Assembly (NCBI RefSeq): GCF_004376175.1
Contig: NZ_SNUY01000001.1
Location: forward strand, 1 to 32,000
DNA: 32,000 bases
DNA from: Halalkalibacterium halodurans
Lineage (GTDB): Bacteria > Bacillota > Bacilli > Bacillales > Bacillaceae_D
Reading direction: 5' to 3'
Numbering within the stretch: the first letter of the stretch is position 1; each line of letters begins with the position of its first letter. Below, piece after piece: positions 1 to 13,153 of the stretch. The notes under the pieces were generated by a model that did not search any database, had not been told where the DNA came from, and saw only the letters and a list, made by a program, of their open reading frames with translations. The position numbers were made by a program, and so were the translations under genes.

Positions 1-202
1 GATACACCCACCGTTCAAAGAGCTTGAGATGTTGAACTTTTTGGATGCGGTAATCATGGATTCTCTCGGTTCTCTCCCCGCAGGATGGGCAACGATGAGG
101 CGTTCGCGGCATTTCTACATGGAGCGCGATAAAGTCCTCTCGTTCCTCCATCTTTGTGACCTTCACACCTTTTAATCCGGGCAAATCCATGGTAAAATTC
201 AT
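1..202 (-). CDS. ISL3-family transposase, N-terminal part only (truncated by the window edge)
   Basis: The ATG at 202 corresponds to the ATG at 18093 of the complete copy. The translation begins MNFTMDLPGLKGVKVTK... and includes the CPSCG zinc-ribbon region. It has one Gly-to-Asp difference from the complete copy. Confidence 0.8.
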   Translation of the reverse strand, partial: MNFTMDLPGLKGVKVTKMEEREDFIALHVEMPRTPHRCPSCGERTERIHDYRIQKVQHLKLFERWVY

Positions 203-322
203 CGTACACGCAGCTCCTATCCTTTCTTTGTTTCTAGGCAATTCAAGGATAATGGATAAAGGAGCCTGCGTGCATTTTTTTGCCCTCTTTTGTGCAAAAA
301 CCCCAACATTTATTGTATAGCC
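1..322 (-). mobile_element. Partial copy of the ISL3-family insertion sequence that is complete at 16831-18214. Only the transposase-5' end is present because the window edge cuts it.
   Basis: Bases 1-322 align position by position with 17892-18214. I count 4 substitutions and one T-run indel (7 vs 8 T). The copy ends in the same terminal repeat, CCCCAACATTTATTGTATAGCC, at 301-322. Confidence 0.9.
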
Positions 323-342
323 GATTTTTACCCTTCTTCACG

Positions 343-373
343 AAAAAAACCACCCTTGCTTTTACGCAAGGGC
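343..373 (-). terminator. Rho-independent terminator of clpX
   Basis: On the minus strand a CCCTTGC / GCAAGGG stem (372-366 and 359-353) with a 6-nt loop is followed by TGGTTTTTTT. It lies 13 nt after the clpX stop. The IS end sits about 20 bp further downstream. Confidence 0.75.
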
Positions 374-385
374 AGCTAGTATCCA

Positions 386-1660
386 TTAGGCACTTTCCTT
401 TGGTTCCGGTTTAGTCATCGCTACTTCCGAGCCATCTTTCATTTTTAAAATCGGGAGCTCTCCCTCGGTGACGCATTTATCGTGAATGATACACGTTTCT
501 ACGTCGTCGCGGGCAGGTAGGTCAAACATGACGTCGAGCGTTAGTCCTTCAATGATTGAGCGCAAACCACGTGCGCCTGTTTTACGCTCAATCGCTTTTC
601 TTGCAATTTCACGCAACGCTTCATCAGTAAATTCTAAATTCACATCATCTAGCTCAAGCAACTTCTTATATTGTTTAACGAGCGCGTTTTTTGGCTTTGT
701 CAAAATCTCGATAAGCGCTTCTTCATCTAAAGGCTGCAAGCTCGAAATGACAGGCAGTCGTCCGATGAATTCTGGGATAAGACCGAAACGAAGCAAGTCT
801 TCAGGCAATACTTTGCTTAAATATTCACCTGGTTTTAACTCGTCTTGCTTAACTTCGGAGCCAAACCCAATGACTTTTTTCCCGAGACGGCGCTTAATGA
901 TTTGTTCAATGCCATCAAACGCTCCTCCACAAATAAAGAGAATATTCGTCGTATCGATCTGAATGAACTCTTGATGGGGATGCTTTCTCCCTCCTTGAGG
1001 AGGAACGGAAGCTGTTGTCCCCTCTAAAATCTTTAGTAAGGCTTGTTGGACCCCTTCTCCAGAAACATCACGCGTAATCGATGGGTTCTCAGATTTACGT
1101 GCAACCTTGTCAATTTCATCAATATAAATGATCCCTTTTTCCGCTTTTTCTACATCATAGTCAGCAGCTTGAATCAATTTAAGCAAGATGTTTTCCACGT
1201 CTTCACCAACATAACCAGCTTCCGTTAAAGAAGTGGCATCAGCAATCGCAAAAGGTACATTTAAAATGCGAGCGAGCGTTTGAGCTAATAGCGTTTTACC
1301 ACTACCCGTAGGTCCAATCATACAGATATTACTTTTCGAAAGCTCGACCTCTTCCGATTTGCTCATGGAATTGATGCGTTTATAGTGATTGTACACAGCA
1401 ACGGATAACGATTTCTTTGCTAAGTCTTGACCAATCACATAGTCATCGAGAATTTCGCGAATTTCATGAGGCTTCGGCACCTCTTGGAACTCCACTTCTT
1501 CTTCAGTGCCTAATTCCTCTTCTACAATCTCCGTGCACAATTCGATACACTCATCACATATATAAACGCCCGGACCAGCGACTAATTTTCTCACTTGATC
1601 TTGTGTTTTTCCACAAAAAGAACATTTCAATTGCCCTTTTTCATCATTAAACTTAAACAT
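386..1660 (-). CDS. clpX: ATP-dependent Clp protease ATP-binding subunit ClpX
   Basis: The translation starts [18 protein letters not shown]...CDECIELC (ClpX zinc-binding N-domain) and has the Walker A motif GPTGSGKT. It is a full-length AAA+ protein. The ATG at 1660 is preceded by the Shine-Dalgarno (SD) sequence AAGGGGTGAT. The track start at 1669 is an upstream GTG that lies inside that SD. Confidence 0.97.
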   Translation of the reverse strand: MFKFNDEKGQLKCSFCGKTQDQVRKLVAGPGVYICDECIELCTEIVEEELGTEEEVEFQEVPKPHEIREILDDYVIGQDLAKKSLSVAVYNHYKRINSMSKSEEVELSKSNICMIGPTGSGKTLLAQTLARILNVPFAIADATSLTEAGYVGEDVENILLKLIQAADYDVEKAEKGIIYIDEIDKVARKSENPSITRDVSGEGVQQALLKILEGTTASVPPQGGRKHPHQEFIQIDTTNILFICGGAFDGIEQIIKRRLGKKVIGFGSEVKQDELKPGEYLSKVLPEDLLRFGLIPEFIGRLPVISSLQPLDEEALIEILTKPKNALVKQYKKLLELDDVNLEFTDEALREIARKAIERKTGARGLRSIIEGLTLDVMFDLPARDDVETCIIHDKCVTEGELPILKMKDGSEVAMTKPEPKESA

Positions 1661-2121
1661 CCGGATCACCCCTTAACTAGTATTGTACCACGTTGTTAAA
1701 GCTTCTCGTAGTCGAAAAGCTCTCATGGATTTGACCCGCTCAATCTTTCCTCGCTATTTTGACATTGTAACATAGAACGACCATTTATGTGAGTAAAAGC
1801 GCTTTTGAAGCCATACAAAAAAACTTATGTACTGTTAGTGTAATGTGATACGGTTGTGACATGTAGACGAACGAAATAGGTATGTAAGTCATATGTACTG
1901 TCAAATAGCGAATCGTGAACATGAGGTGAGTCAAAAAGCGCGAAACATTTGGATGCACGCGAGCATAAGATAGCTTCTATCTTTTATATTTATGACCGCA
2001 TTTTTTATACATTCAATAATTGAAGGAGAAATTCCTTCTTTTCGTGGTAATGTTTCGCCTTCTCATTAGGATACTCGAATCCACGCTTTGTCATACAAGC
2101 TAATTGGATCAAAAATAGTGT

Positions 2122-2152
2122 AAAACAAGGCACGAAGCACGTGCCTTGTTTT
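2122..2152 (-). terminator. Rho-independent terminator after tig, hairpin usable in both directions
   Basis: AAAACAAGGCACG (2122-2134) and CGTGCCTTGTTTT (2140-2152) form a 13-bp stem with a 5-nt loop. T-rich runs flank it on both strands. Confidence 0.8.
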
Positions 2153-2186
2153 GGTTTTACATGTCATGGTGTTACCGACTATTTTG

Positions 2187-3482
2187 TTATGAGACAGCTT
2201 TACTGTGCTCGACTAGGAAATCAACCGCTTTTTGAATCTTAAGGTCAGCTTTAATACCGTCCGTTCCACCTTGCGTTGCAAAAATGGATTTAATTTCATC
2301 CACAGAACGTTGGTACATCTCAGCCATTTTTTCAAGTTCCTTTTCAACATCTTCATCAGATGCTTCTAAGTTTTCTTGATTTGCGATCGCTTCGAGTGTC
2401 AAGTTCACGCGAACACGCTTTTCTGCATCTTCTTTCATTTGTTCACGAAGTTGCTCTTGTGTCTGGCCTGAGAATTGGAAGTACATTTCAAGGTTCATTC
2501 CTAGCATTTGCAAACGTTGCTCGAACTCTTGTGTCATGCGGTCAAGCTCTGTATTAATCATAGCTTCAGGAATATCAATCGTTGCATTTTCAGACGCTTT
2601 TTGAATAAGCGTATCCCGCTTCTCATGATCCGCTTCGTGAGCGCGATCTTTTTCAAGCTTTTCACGGAGCTTCTTTTTCAGCTCATCTAAGCTTTCTACT
2701 TCTTCATCCACGTCTTTTGCAAACTCATCATCAAGCTCAGGAAGCTCTTTGCGTTTTACATCATGAATTTTCACTTTAAAAGTGGCTGGCTTTCCTGCAA
2801 GTTCTTCCGCATGGTATTCTTCTGGGAATGTGACTTCCACATCTTTTTCTTCCCCAGCTTTTAGGCCAACAAGTTGGTCTTCAAATCCTGGGATAAATTG
2901 ACCTGAGCCAATTTCAAGAGAGTAATTTTCCGCTTTTCCGCCTTCAAAAGCTTCACCATCAACGAAGCCTTCGAAATCAAGAACAGCTGTATCACCTTCT
3001 TGGATAGCTTCTTCTTCAACAACGACAAGCTCTGCCTGACGCTCTTGCAAGCTCTTTAATTCTTGTTCTACATCCTCATCAGAAACAGTCGTATCTTTTT
3101 CCTCAAATTCTAATCCTTTATAGTCACCAAGCTGAACTTCTGGTTTGACTGTTACAGTTGCCTTAAAAATCAAGTTATTCCCTTGCTCCATTTGTTCGAT
3201 ATCAATCTCTGGGCGGTCGACAGGCTCGATCCCTGTTTCATCAATTGCCGCAGCATACGCTTCTGGTAAAAGAATATCGAGTGCATCTTGATAAAGAGCT
3301 TCTACCCCAAATTGGCGTTCAAAGATTTTGCGAGGTACTTTTCCTTTACGGAATCCAGGTACATTGACCTTTTTTACAACTTTTTTAAATGCTTTGTCTA
3401 AAGCTTCGTCCACTTTCGCTGATTCAACATCAACTGTTAAGACACCTTCGTTACCTTCTAACTTTTCCCATTTTGCAGTCAT
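2187..3482 (-). CDS. tig: Trigger factor (ribosome-associated peptidyl-prolyl isomerase)
   Basis: 431 aa starting [13 protein letters not shown]. It contains the GFRKGKVP ribosome-binding signature and an FKBP-type middle domain ([11 protein letters not shown]). The position between ysoA and clpX matches B. subtilis. Confidence 0.97.
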   Translation of the reverse strand: MTAKWEKLEGNEGVLTVDVESAKVDEALDKAFKKVVKKVNVPGFRKGKVPRKIFERQFGVEALYQDALDILLPEAYAAAIDETGIEPVDRPEIDIEQMEQGNNLIFKATVTVKPEVQLGDYKGLEFEEKDTTVSDEDVEQELKSLQERQAELVVVEEEAIQEGDTAVLDFEGFVDGEAFEGGKAENYSLEIGSGQFIPGFEDQLVGLKAGEEKDVEVTFPEEYHAEELAGKPATFKVKIHDVKRKELPELDDEFAKDVDEEVESLDELKKKLREKLEKDRAHEADHEKRDTLIQKASENATIDIPEAMINTELDRMTQEFEQRLQMLGMNLEMYFQFSGQTQEQLREQMKEDAEKRVRVNLTLEAIANQENLEASDEDVEKELEKMAEMYQRSVDEIKSIFATQGGTDGIKADLKIQKAVDFLVEHSKAVS

Positions 3483-3549
3483 TGTTTATTAGTCCCTCCA
3501 ACTTCACACTTACATTTTTCAAACGAACCTTCTGCTTTACAACCACTCT

Positions 3550-3577
3550 ATTATAACATAGTATTGATTGATTTCAA
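3550..3577 (-). promoter_or_regulatory. Sigma-A type promoter for tig
   Basis: On the minus strand: TTGAAA (3577-3572), a 16-nt spacer, then TGtTATAAT (extended -10, TATAAT at 3555-3550). It lies about 70 nt upstream of the tig ATG. Confidence 0.65.
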
Positions 3578-3585
3578 GGGATAGG

Positions 3586-4629
3586 TTAGCGGAAGGAATG
3601 ACCACTAATCCCTTGAAACGTCTCGGTTTCAACAAAATGAATTTCTTCTCCTTTTTCTAGCATTTGCTGCACCCGACAATTGTACATCCCGGCAATTTCT
3701 TCTTCATCGAAAGGTAACCCATTTGATTCATGAACGGCTACATGAACGGCTCCTGCCCATAGATCTTTCTGCTCAGGCTTCGGTGTAAAAGGATATAACG
3801 CGTACAAAAACTGCCACCAAAGCTGCTCTGCCATTTTAAACAGGGACGGGTTCTCGACTGCCAATCTGGCTTCTAGCTGCTCTACCACCGCATTTCCAAA
3901 CCGCTGTTGCTCATCCGCATTAAGCTCTGCTGGGATGACCTCCGCTTCCTGATCAAATTTTCGAATTCTCACACGCTTTTCTACTTTATGCATCGTTAAC
4001 ATATGTAAGGCATAACTTCTCAAAGCAGGATCATTGCTTTCAGATTCGACGAATGAAAGCAGAGTGCGAATATCGGCCGGATCGTTATGCTTGCGCATCT
4101 GTTGTAGAAAATGCCATTGTTCTAATGAATCTCGCTCATTTATATCATCATATGTTTCTTTTAAATCGAGCTCTTCAGAAAGCGGCTCTTTTATGTATGT
4201 AGGAGAATCCTCGACCATCTGGCGACTAAAGTGGAGTAGCTGATAAAAGGATTCGGCGTGTTTAGCCGGGAGTCTATCTTCAGCAAGAACGACGTCTAAC
4301 ATTTCGACCACTTCATCATATCTTCCCAACTGGACGAGTAACGAAAGATGAATTTGCAAGATATCATAGTAGTTTCCAATATCATTTCGCAACATTTGAT
4401 CGGTTAATAGCACAGCATCATCTAACTTGCCTAATTCCACGTAACAAAGAGCTTTACCGAAAAGAATTTGCGAAGGTTCAGCATCGTATTGTTCTGCTTG
4501 TTCAAACATGGTTAACGCTTTTTTCGCATCTTTTTCTTTTAGCGCCTCCATCCCCTTTTCAATCAATCGCTTGACAAGTCCTGGGTATAACACGATGTTA
4601 TCGCTTGATTCCGTTTTTTTCCCGCTCAT
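3586..4629 (-). CDS. ysoA: TPR-repeat protein, YsoA-like by position
   Basis: A long helical-repeat ORF (ALTMFEQAEQYD..., KALCYVELGKLDDA...). It occupies the slot between leuD and tig as in B. subtilis. The start is uncertain: ATG at 4629 (MSGKKTESS...) or the track TTG at 4659. Confidence 0.75.
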   Translation of the reverse strand: MSGKKTESSDNIVLYPGLVKRLIEKGMEALKEKDAKKALTMFEQAEQYDAEPSQILFGKALCYVELGKLDDAVLLTDQMLRNDIGNYYDILQIHLSLLVQLGRYDEVVEMLDVVLAEDRLPAKHAESFYQLLHFSRQMVEDSPTYIKEPLSEELDLKETYDDINERDSLEQWHFLQQMRKHNDPADIRTLLSFVESESNDPALRSYALHMLTMHKVEKRVRIRKFDQEAEVIPAELNADEQQRFGNAVVEQLEARLAVENPSLFKMAEQLWWQFLYALYPFTPKPEQKDLWAGAVHVAVHESNGLPFDEEEIAGMYNCRVQQMLEKGEEIHFVETETFQGISGHSFR

Positions 4630-4722
4630 GGTATTGTATCGCTCCACTCTTCTCTCCAATGGGAGAGAACGATTCTTTGCCTAAGTGTACCAAGACGCAC
4701 ATGAAAACACAAATCGAGGAGA

Positions 4723-4757
4723 GAAAGTAGCTGCCTAGTATTCAGGCAGCTACTTTC
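4723..4757 (-). terminator. Hairpin terminating the ilv-leu operon downstream of leuD
   Basis: GAAAGTAGCTGCCT (4723-4736) and AGGCAGCTACTTTC (4744-4757) form a 14-bp perfect stem with a 7-nt loop. The U-tract on the minus strand is only moderate (TCTCCTCGATTTGTGTTTT). Confidence 0.6.
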
Positions 4758-4793
4758 CGTTTCTTCCATTCATATTCCCTACTCTTTTGATCA

Positions 4794-5378
4794 TTAAACC
4801 CGGCTTGCCTCAAATTGTTTAATTTGTTCCTCGTAACGCAAGGTAAGTCCGATCTCATCCCATCCATTAATGAGCATTTCTTTCCAATACCCATCAATTT
4901 CAAACGTTGCTTCGAATCCATCCTCACTTGTCACGGTTTGGGCTTCCAGATTTACAGTTAGGCTATAAGCTGTATCTTTGCCCTTCTCCATCAAAGCTGT
5001 TACTTCCTCTTGCTTTAATTTCACAGGCAAGATACCATTTTTGAAACAGTTATTATAGAAGATGTCGGCAAAGCTTGGTGCAATGACTACTCTGAAGCCG
5101 TAATCTTTAATGGCCCAAGGTGCGTGTTCACGCGAAGAACCACACCCGAAGTTATGCCCTGCGACAAGGATCGTCCCTTGTTTTGCATGAGGTTGATTTA
5201 GCTCAAAATCTGGATTGTCTTCTCCATTCGGCAAGAAGCGCCAGTCAAAGAATAAAAATTGGCCAAATCCCGTCCGCTCTACACGCTTTAAAAACTGCTT
5301 CGGAATAATTTGATCTGTATCTACATTGACCCGATCCAAGACGGCAATCGTACCTGTGTGTGTCTTTAGTGGTTCCAT
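4794..5378 (-). CDS. leuD: 3-isopropylmalate dehydratase small subunit
   Basis: 194 aa. The sequence contains MEPLKTHTGTIAVLDRVNVDTDQIIPKQFLK... and GHNFGCGSSREHAPWA, which are typical of LeuD. It follows leuC. Confidence 0.96.
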   Translation of the reverse strand: MEPLKTHTGTIAVLDRVNVDTDQIIPKQFLKRVERTGFGQFLFFDWRFLPNGEDNPDFELNQPHAKQGTILVAGHNFGCGSSREHAPWAIKDYGFRVVIAPSFADIFYNNCFKNGILPVKLKQEEVTALMEKGKDTAYSLTVNLEAQTVTSEDGFEATFEIDGYWKEMLINGWDEIGLTLRYEEQIKQFEASRV

Positions 5379-5402
5379 CGGTCTTCCCCTCCTTTTACGC
5401 GA

Positions 5403-6821
5403 TTAAACGGTCTGCGGTTCGGATTGGAATGTGCGAACGTCCACAAAGTGACCTGCAATCGCAGCAGCTGCTGCCATCTGTGGGCTCACAAGGTGTGTCC
5501 GCGCTCCTTTTCCTTGTCTTCCTTCAAAGTTACGATTCGACGTAGACGCACAGCGCTCACCTTCAGGAACGGTATCAGGGTTCATCCCTAAGCACATACT
5601 ACAGCCCGAATCACGCCACTCAAACCCAGCTTCCTTAAAGATTTCATCCAATCCTTCTTTCTCTGCTGCCCGCTTTACTTGCTGAGAACCTGGTACGACA
5701 AGTGCTCGCACGCCATCCGCCACTTTTCTTCCTTTTATTAATTCTGCTGCTGTACGTAAGTCACTAAGACGTGAGTTTGTACATGAACCGATAAACACGT
5801 GCTGAATCGCAATCTCAGTAATCGGTGTTCCTGGTTCAAGGCCCATGTAAGCTAGCGATTGTTTGATCGCCCGACGCTCATTCTCATCTTTTGCATCGTC
5901 TGGTGAAGGGACAACCTGACTAACCCCTGTCCCTTGGGCTGGATTTGTTCCCCACGTGACCATCGGTTCAATTTCAGACGTATTCATTGTGAGCACACGA
6001 TCATACACAGCTCCAGCATCAGTCGCTAACGCTTCCCATTGCTGGATAGCCACGTCAAACGCCTCACCTTTAGGAGAATTCGGTCGGCCTCGAAGGTATT
6101 CAAACGTTACAGAGTCTGGACTAATTAAACCAGCTTTTGCTCCTGCCTCAATCGACATATTACAGATCGTCATCCGCTCTTCCATTGATAGGGAGCGAAT
6201 CGCTTCTCCCGTAAACTCGATGACATGTCCGGTTCCAAAATCAACACCATATTTCGCAATGACGGCAAGAATAATGTCTTTTGCTGACACAGATGGTGCT
6301 AATTCCCCTGTAACACGAACTTCCATCGTTTTCGGCTTCGATTGCCACAACGTTTGCGTTGCTAGTACATGTTCTACTTCACTTGTACCGATCCCAAAAG
6401 CCAGCGCACCAAATGCGCCATGAGTGGACGTATGACTGTCACCACAAACGATCGTTTTTCCTGGTTGCGTTAAGCCGAGCTCTGGTCCGATAACGTGGAC
6501 TATTCCGTTATTCGGGCTATCTAAACCAGCGATCTCAATTCCGAATTCTTTGCAGTTCGCCTCTAACGTCTCAATTTGCTTCCGAGCAATTTGATCTTGA
6601 ATGTTAAAGCGATCAACCGTCGGAACATTGTGATCCATCGTAGCAAATGTCAAATCTGGCCGGCGCACAGGGCGGCCTGCTAAGCGTAAGCCCTCAAATG
6701 CTTGCGGTGAGGTGACTTCATGGACCATATGCAAGTCGATATAAAGAAGGCTCGGCTTGCCTTCCTCACCGATGACCGTATGAGCGTCCCAAATTTTTTC
6801 AATAATTGTTTTTGGAGCCAT
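5403..6821 (-). CDS. leuC: 3-isopropylmalate dehydratase large subunit
   Basis: 472 aa. It shows aconitase-family motifs ([39 protein letters not shown]). Confidence 0.97.
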   Translation of the reverse strand: MAPKTIIEKIWDAHTVIGEEGKPSLLYIDLHMVHEVTSPQAFEGLRLAGRPVRRPDLTFATMDHNVPTVDRFNIQDQIARKQIETLEANCKEFGIEIAGLDSPNNGIVHVIGPELGLTQPGKTIVCGDSHTSTHGAFGALAFGIGTSEVEHVLATQTLWQSKPKTMEVRVTGELAPSVSAKDIILAVIAKYGVDFGTGHVIEFTGEAIRSLSMEERMTICNMSIEAGAKAGLISPDSVTFEYLRGRPNSPKGEAFDVAIQQWEALATDAGAVYDRVLTMNTSEIEPMVTWGTNPAQGTGVSQVVPSPDDAKDENERRAIKQSLAYMGLEPGTPITEIAIQHVFIGSCTNSRLSDLRTAAELIKGRKVADGVRALVVPGSQQVKRAAEKEGLDEIFKEAGFEWRDSGCSMCLGMNPDTVPEGERCASTSNRNFEGRQGKGARTHLVSPQMAAAAAIAGHFVDVRTFQSEPQTV

Positions 6822-6848
6822 CGCTTTTCTTCCTTTCTAAAGCATCAT

Positions 6849-7940
6849 TTATGAAATATCAACAGAGGCTTGAATCGCTTCAACTACAGCATCCGTAATC
6901 GCTTTGGTTGAACTTGATTCTTCACCTGGCTTAGCAATATCTGCTGTACGATACCCTTGTTTTAATACTGCTTCAATCGCATCTTCAATTGTTTTCGCTT
7001 CTTCATGCAAGCCAAAGGAATATTTTAACATCATGGCACATGATGCAATCGTCGCAAGTGGGTTTGCTACCCCTTTCCCTGCAATATCAGGAGCTGATCC
7101 ATGGATAGGCTCATAAAGTCCCGGTCCATCACTCGTTAAACTAGCAGACGGAAGCATTCCGAGGGAGCCTGTCACCATCGAAGCCTCGTCGCTTAAAATG
7201 TCACCAAAAAGGTTTTCCGTCACGAGCACATCAAATTGTTTCGGTCTACGAATGAGCTGCATTGCCGCATTATCTACGAGCATATGTTCAAGCGTAACTT
7301 CAGGAAATTCTTGTGCCACTTCGTTTGCCACTTCGCGCCACATCCGACTCGATTCAAGAACGTTCGCCTTGTCAACCGATGTGACATGTTTATTTCGAAC
7401 CATAGCTAGCTCAAAGGCTTTACGAATAATTCGTCGCATTTCCCCTCTCGTGTAGAGAAGGGTGTCTACGACTTCCTCTGTTTCGCCTTCACCCCGTCGT
7501 TCACGCGGTTCCCCGAAATAAAGCCCCCCAGTCAGCTCTCGGACAATTAATAAATCTACCCCATCGATCACATCGTTTTTTAAAGTGGAGGCATCTGCTA
7601 GACTGTCATACACAGTGACTGGGCGTAAATTAGCAAAGAGGTTTAATCCCTTCCGTAAGCCGAGCAGTCCTTTTTCTGGACGAAGATGACCGGGCAGTGT
7701 ATCCCACTTCGGACCTCCGACAGCACCAAGTAAAATTCCGTCCGCATGACGGCATACGTCTAGCGTTTCTTCTGGGAGCGGCGTTCCTACCTCGTCAATC
7801 GCACATCCGCCTAATAGGGCTTTTTTATAGGAGAACGTATGCCCAAAACGATCGGCCACTGCCTGCAGCACTTCTATGGCTGCGTCCGTCACCTCAGGAC
7901 CAATACCGTCCCCAGGCAAAACCGCTATTTGTTTCTCCAT
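6849..7940 (-). CDS. leuB: 3-isopropylmalate dehydrogenase
   Basis: From the ATG at 7940 the protein starts [17 protein letters not shown] and contains the [13 protein letters not shown] motif. The ATG is preceded by GGAGG. The longer track ORF (to 7979) would overlap the leuA 3' end and has no SD. Confidence 0.95.
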   Translation of the reverse strand: MEKQIAVLPGDGIGPEVTDAAIEVLQAVADRFGHTFSYKKALLGGCAIDEVGTPLPEETLDVCRHADGILLGAVGGPKWDTLPGHLRPEKGLLGLRKGLNLFANLRPVTVYDSLADASTLKNDVIDGVDLLIVRELTGGLYFGEPRERRGEGETEEVVDTLLYTRGEMRRIIRKAFELAMVRNKHVTSVDKANVLESSRMWREVANEVAQEFPEVTLEHMLVDNAAMQLIRRPKQFDVLVTENLFGDILSDEASMVTGSLGMLPSASLTSDGPGLYEPIHGSAPDIAGKGVANPLATIASCAMMLKYSFGLHEEAKTIEDAIEAVLKQGYRTADIAKPGEESSSTKAITDAVVEAIQASVDIS

Positions 7941-7944
7941 TGCC

Positions 7945-11056
<3,112 letters not shown>

Positions 11057-11060
<4 letters not shown>

Positions 11061-12790
11061 GGCTTCACTCCCTCCATTTCATGCTGGCCTTTCCCTGGTG
11101 AAATCATCGGATACACATTCTCCTCTTTCGCTACACGGAAATCCATTAAAACCGGACCATCATGATCAAGCATTTCTTTTAATGCTTGATCCACCTCGGA
11201 AAGCTTCTCCACCTTCATCCCTTTAATGTCATAGGCTTCTGCCATTTTTACAAAGTCAGGCTGAATCGGGAATAGGGAGTTGGAGTAGCGCTCCCCGTGG
11301 AAAAGTTGCTGCCATTGTCGCACCATTCCAAGCGAGGCGTTGTTCACTAAAATTACTTTTACCTTCAGCCCTAATTCTTGTAAAATGGACAGCTCCTGCA
11401 ACGTCATTTGGAATCCTGCGTCGCCGAGAACCGCTACAACCGTTGACGATGGCTCTGCGATTTGCGCTCCGATCGCGGCAGGGAAACCGAAGCCCATCGT
11501 GCCAAGTCCGCCTGATGTTACCCAACGATTCGGCTTATTGAACGCATAATATTGGGCTGCCCACATTTGGTGCTGGCCGACATCGGTCGTGATAATCGCC
11601 TCACCATTTGTAGCTTCACACAATTTTTCGATCAACTGCTGCGGCTTGATCGTCTCCCCATCTTCCTTGTACCAGAGTGGATATTCTTGCTTCATTCGCT
11701 GCAAATCTGCACGCCACACACTGTTATCACCGCGTTTGCCATTTTCCCCAATGAGCATTTTCAACGCTTCCTTCGCACAGCCGACCACAGGAATTTCCGT
11801 TTCAATGTTTTTACCGATCTCTGCTGGATCGATGTCAATGTGGGCCACGCGTGCATTTGGTGCGAAGAAAGCAAGGTTACCTGTCAAACGATCATCAAAT
11901 CTGGCTCCGATACTGATTAACAAGTCCGATTCATGAATCGCCATGTTGGCCGTGTACGTTCCATGCATGCCGCCCATCCCTAAATGTAGTTCATGATCCG
12001 CCGGAAAGCTTCCGAGTCCAAGCAGTGTATTGACGACTGGAATTTGTTGTTGCTCAACATATTCAAACAGCTCCTGTGCAGCATGAGCATGAAGCACACC
12101 TGCACCAGCGAGAATAACGGGCTTTTTCGCCTGTGATACAGCTTCGACAAGCTTCCGAATTTGCAGGCGATTTGGCATCACTGTCGGTTGGTACCCTGGA
12201 AGGTGCACTTCTTTATCGTAGTCGAATAGGCCTGTTGTAAGAGAGATATCTTTTGGAAGATCGATGAGTACAGGCCCAGGCCTTCCAGTCGTCGCGATAT
12301 GGAACGCTTCTTTGATGATCCTCGGTAAATCTTCGATTGTGCGGACTTGGTAGCTATGCTTCGTGATAGGCATCGTAATTCCGATCATGTCCGCCTCTTG
12401 GAAAGCATCCGTTCCGATCAGTGTTGTGGCTACCTGTCCCGTAATGACGACAAGTGGTAACGAGTCGATCATCGCATCAGCAATTCCCGTAACAACATTG
12501 GTGGCTCCAGGTCCTGATGTGACGACACACACACCGGGCTTTCCTGATACACGAGCATATCCCTCTGCTGCATGGATCGCTCCTTGTTCATGTCTTGCTA
12601 AAATATGATGGATCCCTGTCTTATAAATCTCATCATACGTTGGCAAGATCGCCCCACCTGGATATCCGAAGATGACATCCACCCCTTCCCTCGCCAAGGC
12701 TTGAATCAACATGCTTGACCCTGACATTTCCTGAGGTGGTTCAGGCTTTGGTTGCTCTCGCTTTTTCAACTTAAAGTTGGTACTCATCAT
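11057..12790 (-). CDS. ilvB: Acetolactate synthase large (catalytic, ThDP-dependent) subunit
   Basis: It shows ThDP-enzyme motifs ([32 protein letters not shown]). The tandem ATG ATG at 12790 and 12787 follows AAAGGAGGAG. The track start at 12832 lies upstream of that SD. Confidence 0.95.
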
Positions 12791-12837
12791 TGCTCCTCCT
12801 TTAATTCTTTGATTGTCTCTCTCCAACAACAATGGAA

Positions 12838-13140
12838 TAATAAAAAAATCTTTTTACCCACGCTGCCAGAATTTCTAGCAAAGGGGCAAAAAGATTTCTC
12901 TTTTCACGGTACCACCCTCATTCGTAGCATTTTTACAAATGCTACCTCATGGACGATCAAATCGTCTCATTTTGATAACGGGTGTAGTGAAAAACCACCC
13001 GGCAACATCTACTAAAGCAGGCTGTGCCCGATTGTTCGAAGTCGCACTCCGAGGTGAGCTTCATTAAAGGATCATCGCTGCCTCTCAGCTCCTAGCAGCT
13101 CTCTGTAGATGATCGTCTTTAATTACTGATCCTCTTCAAC
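12838..13140 (-). promoter_or_regulatory. T-box riboswitch leader with a Leu CUC specifier and an intrinsic terminator, controlling ilvBHC-leuABCD
   Basis: Read on the minus strand:
- Stem I start GTTGAAGAGGATCAGTA.
- AGAGA and GAGAGG elements.
- Specifier-loop context GAAGCUCACC, with CUC at 13058-13056 followed by A.
- Conserved T-box sequence AATGAGGGTGGTACCGTG at 12922-12905.
- Terminator arms GAAATCTTTTTGCCC (12898-12884) and GGGTAAAAAGATTT (12859-12846), followed by a T run. Confidence 0.88.
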
Positions 13141-13153
13141 GTGTTAAAACTAT

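Noticed and set aside
486-962. 158-aa plus-strand ORF, and the smaller ORFs at 845-1027, 1043-1228 and 1417-1650, inside clpX
   Set aside because: They are antisense shadow ORFs of a highly conserved gene. They are Ser/Arg-rich and low-complexity, with no SD and no recognisable family.
2005-2094. 29-aa minus-strand ORF (MTKRGFEYPNEKAKHYHEKKEFLLQLLNV) just downstream of the tig terminator
   Set aside because: There is no Shine-Dalgarno sequence upstream of the ATG, and it sits immediately after a strong terminator with no promoter that I could see.
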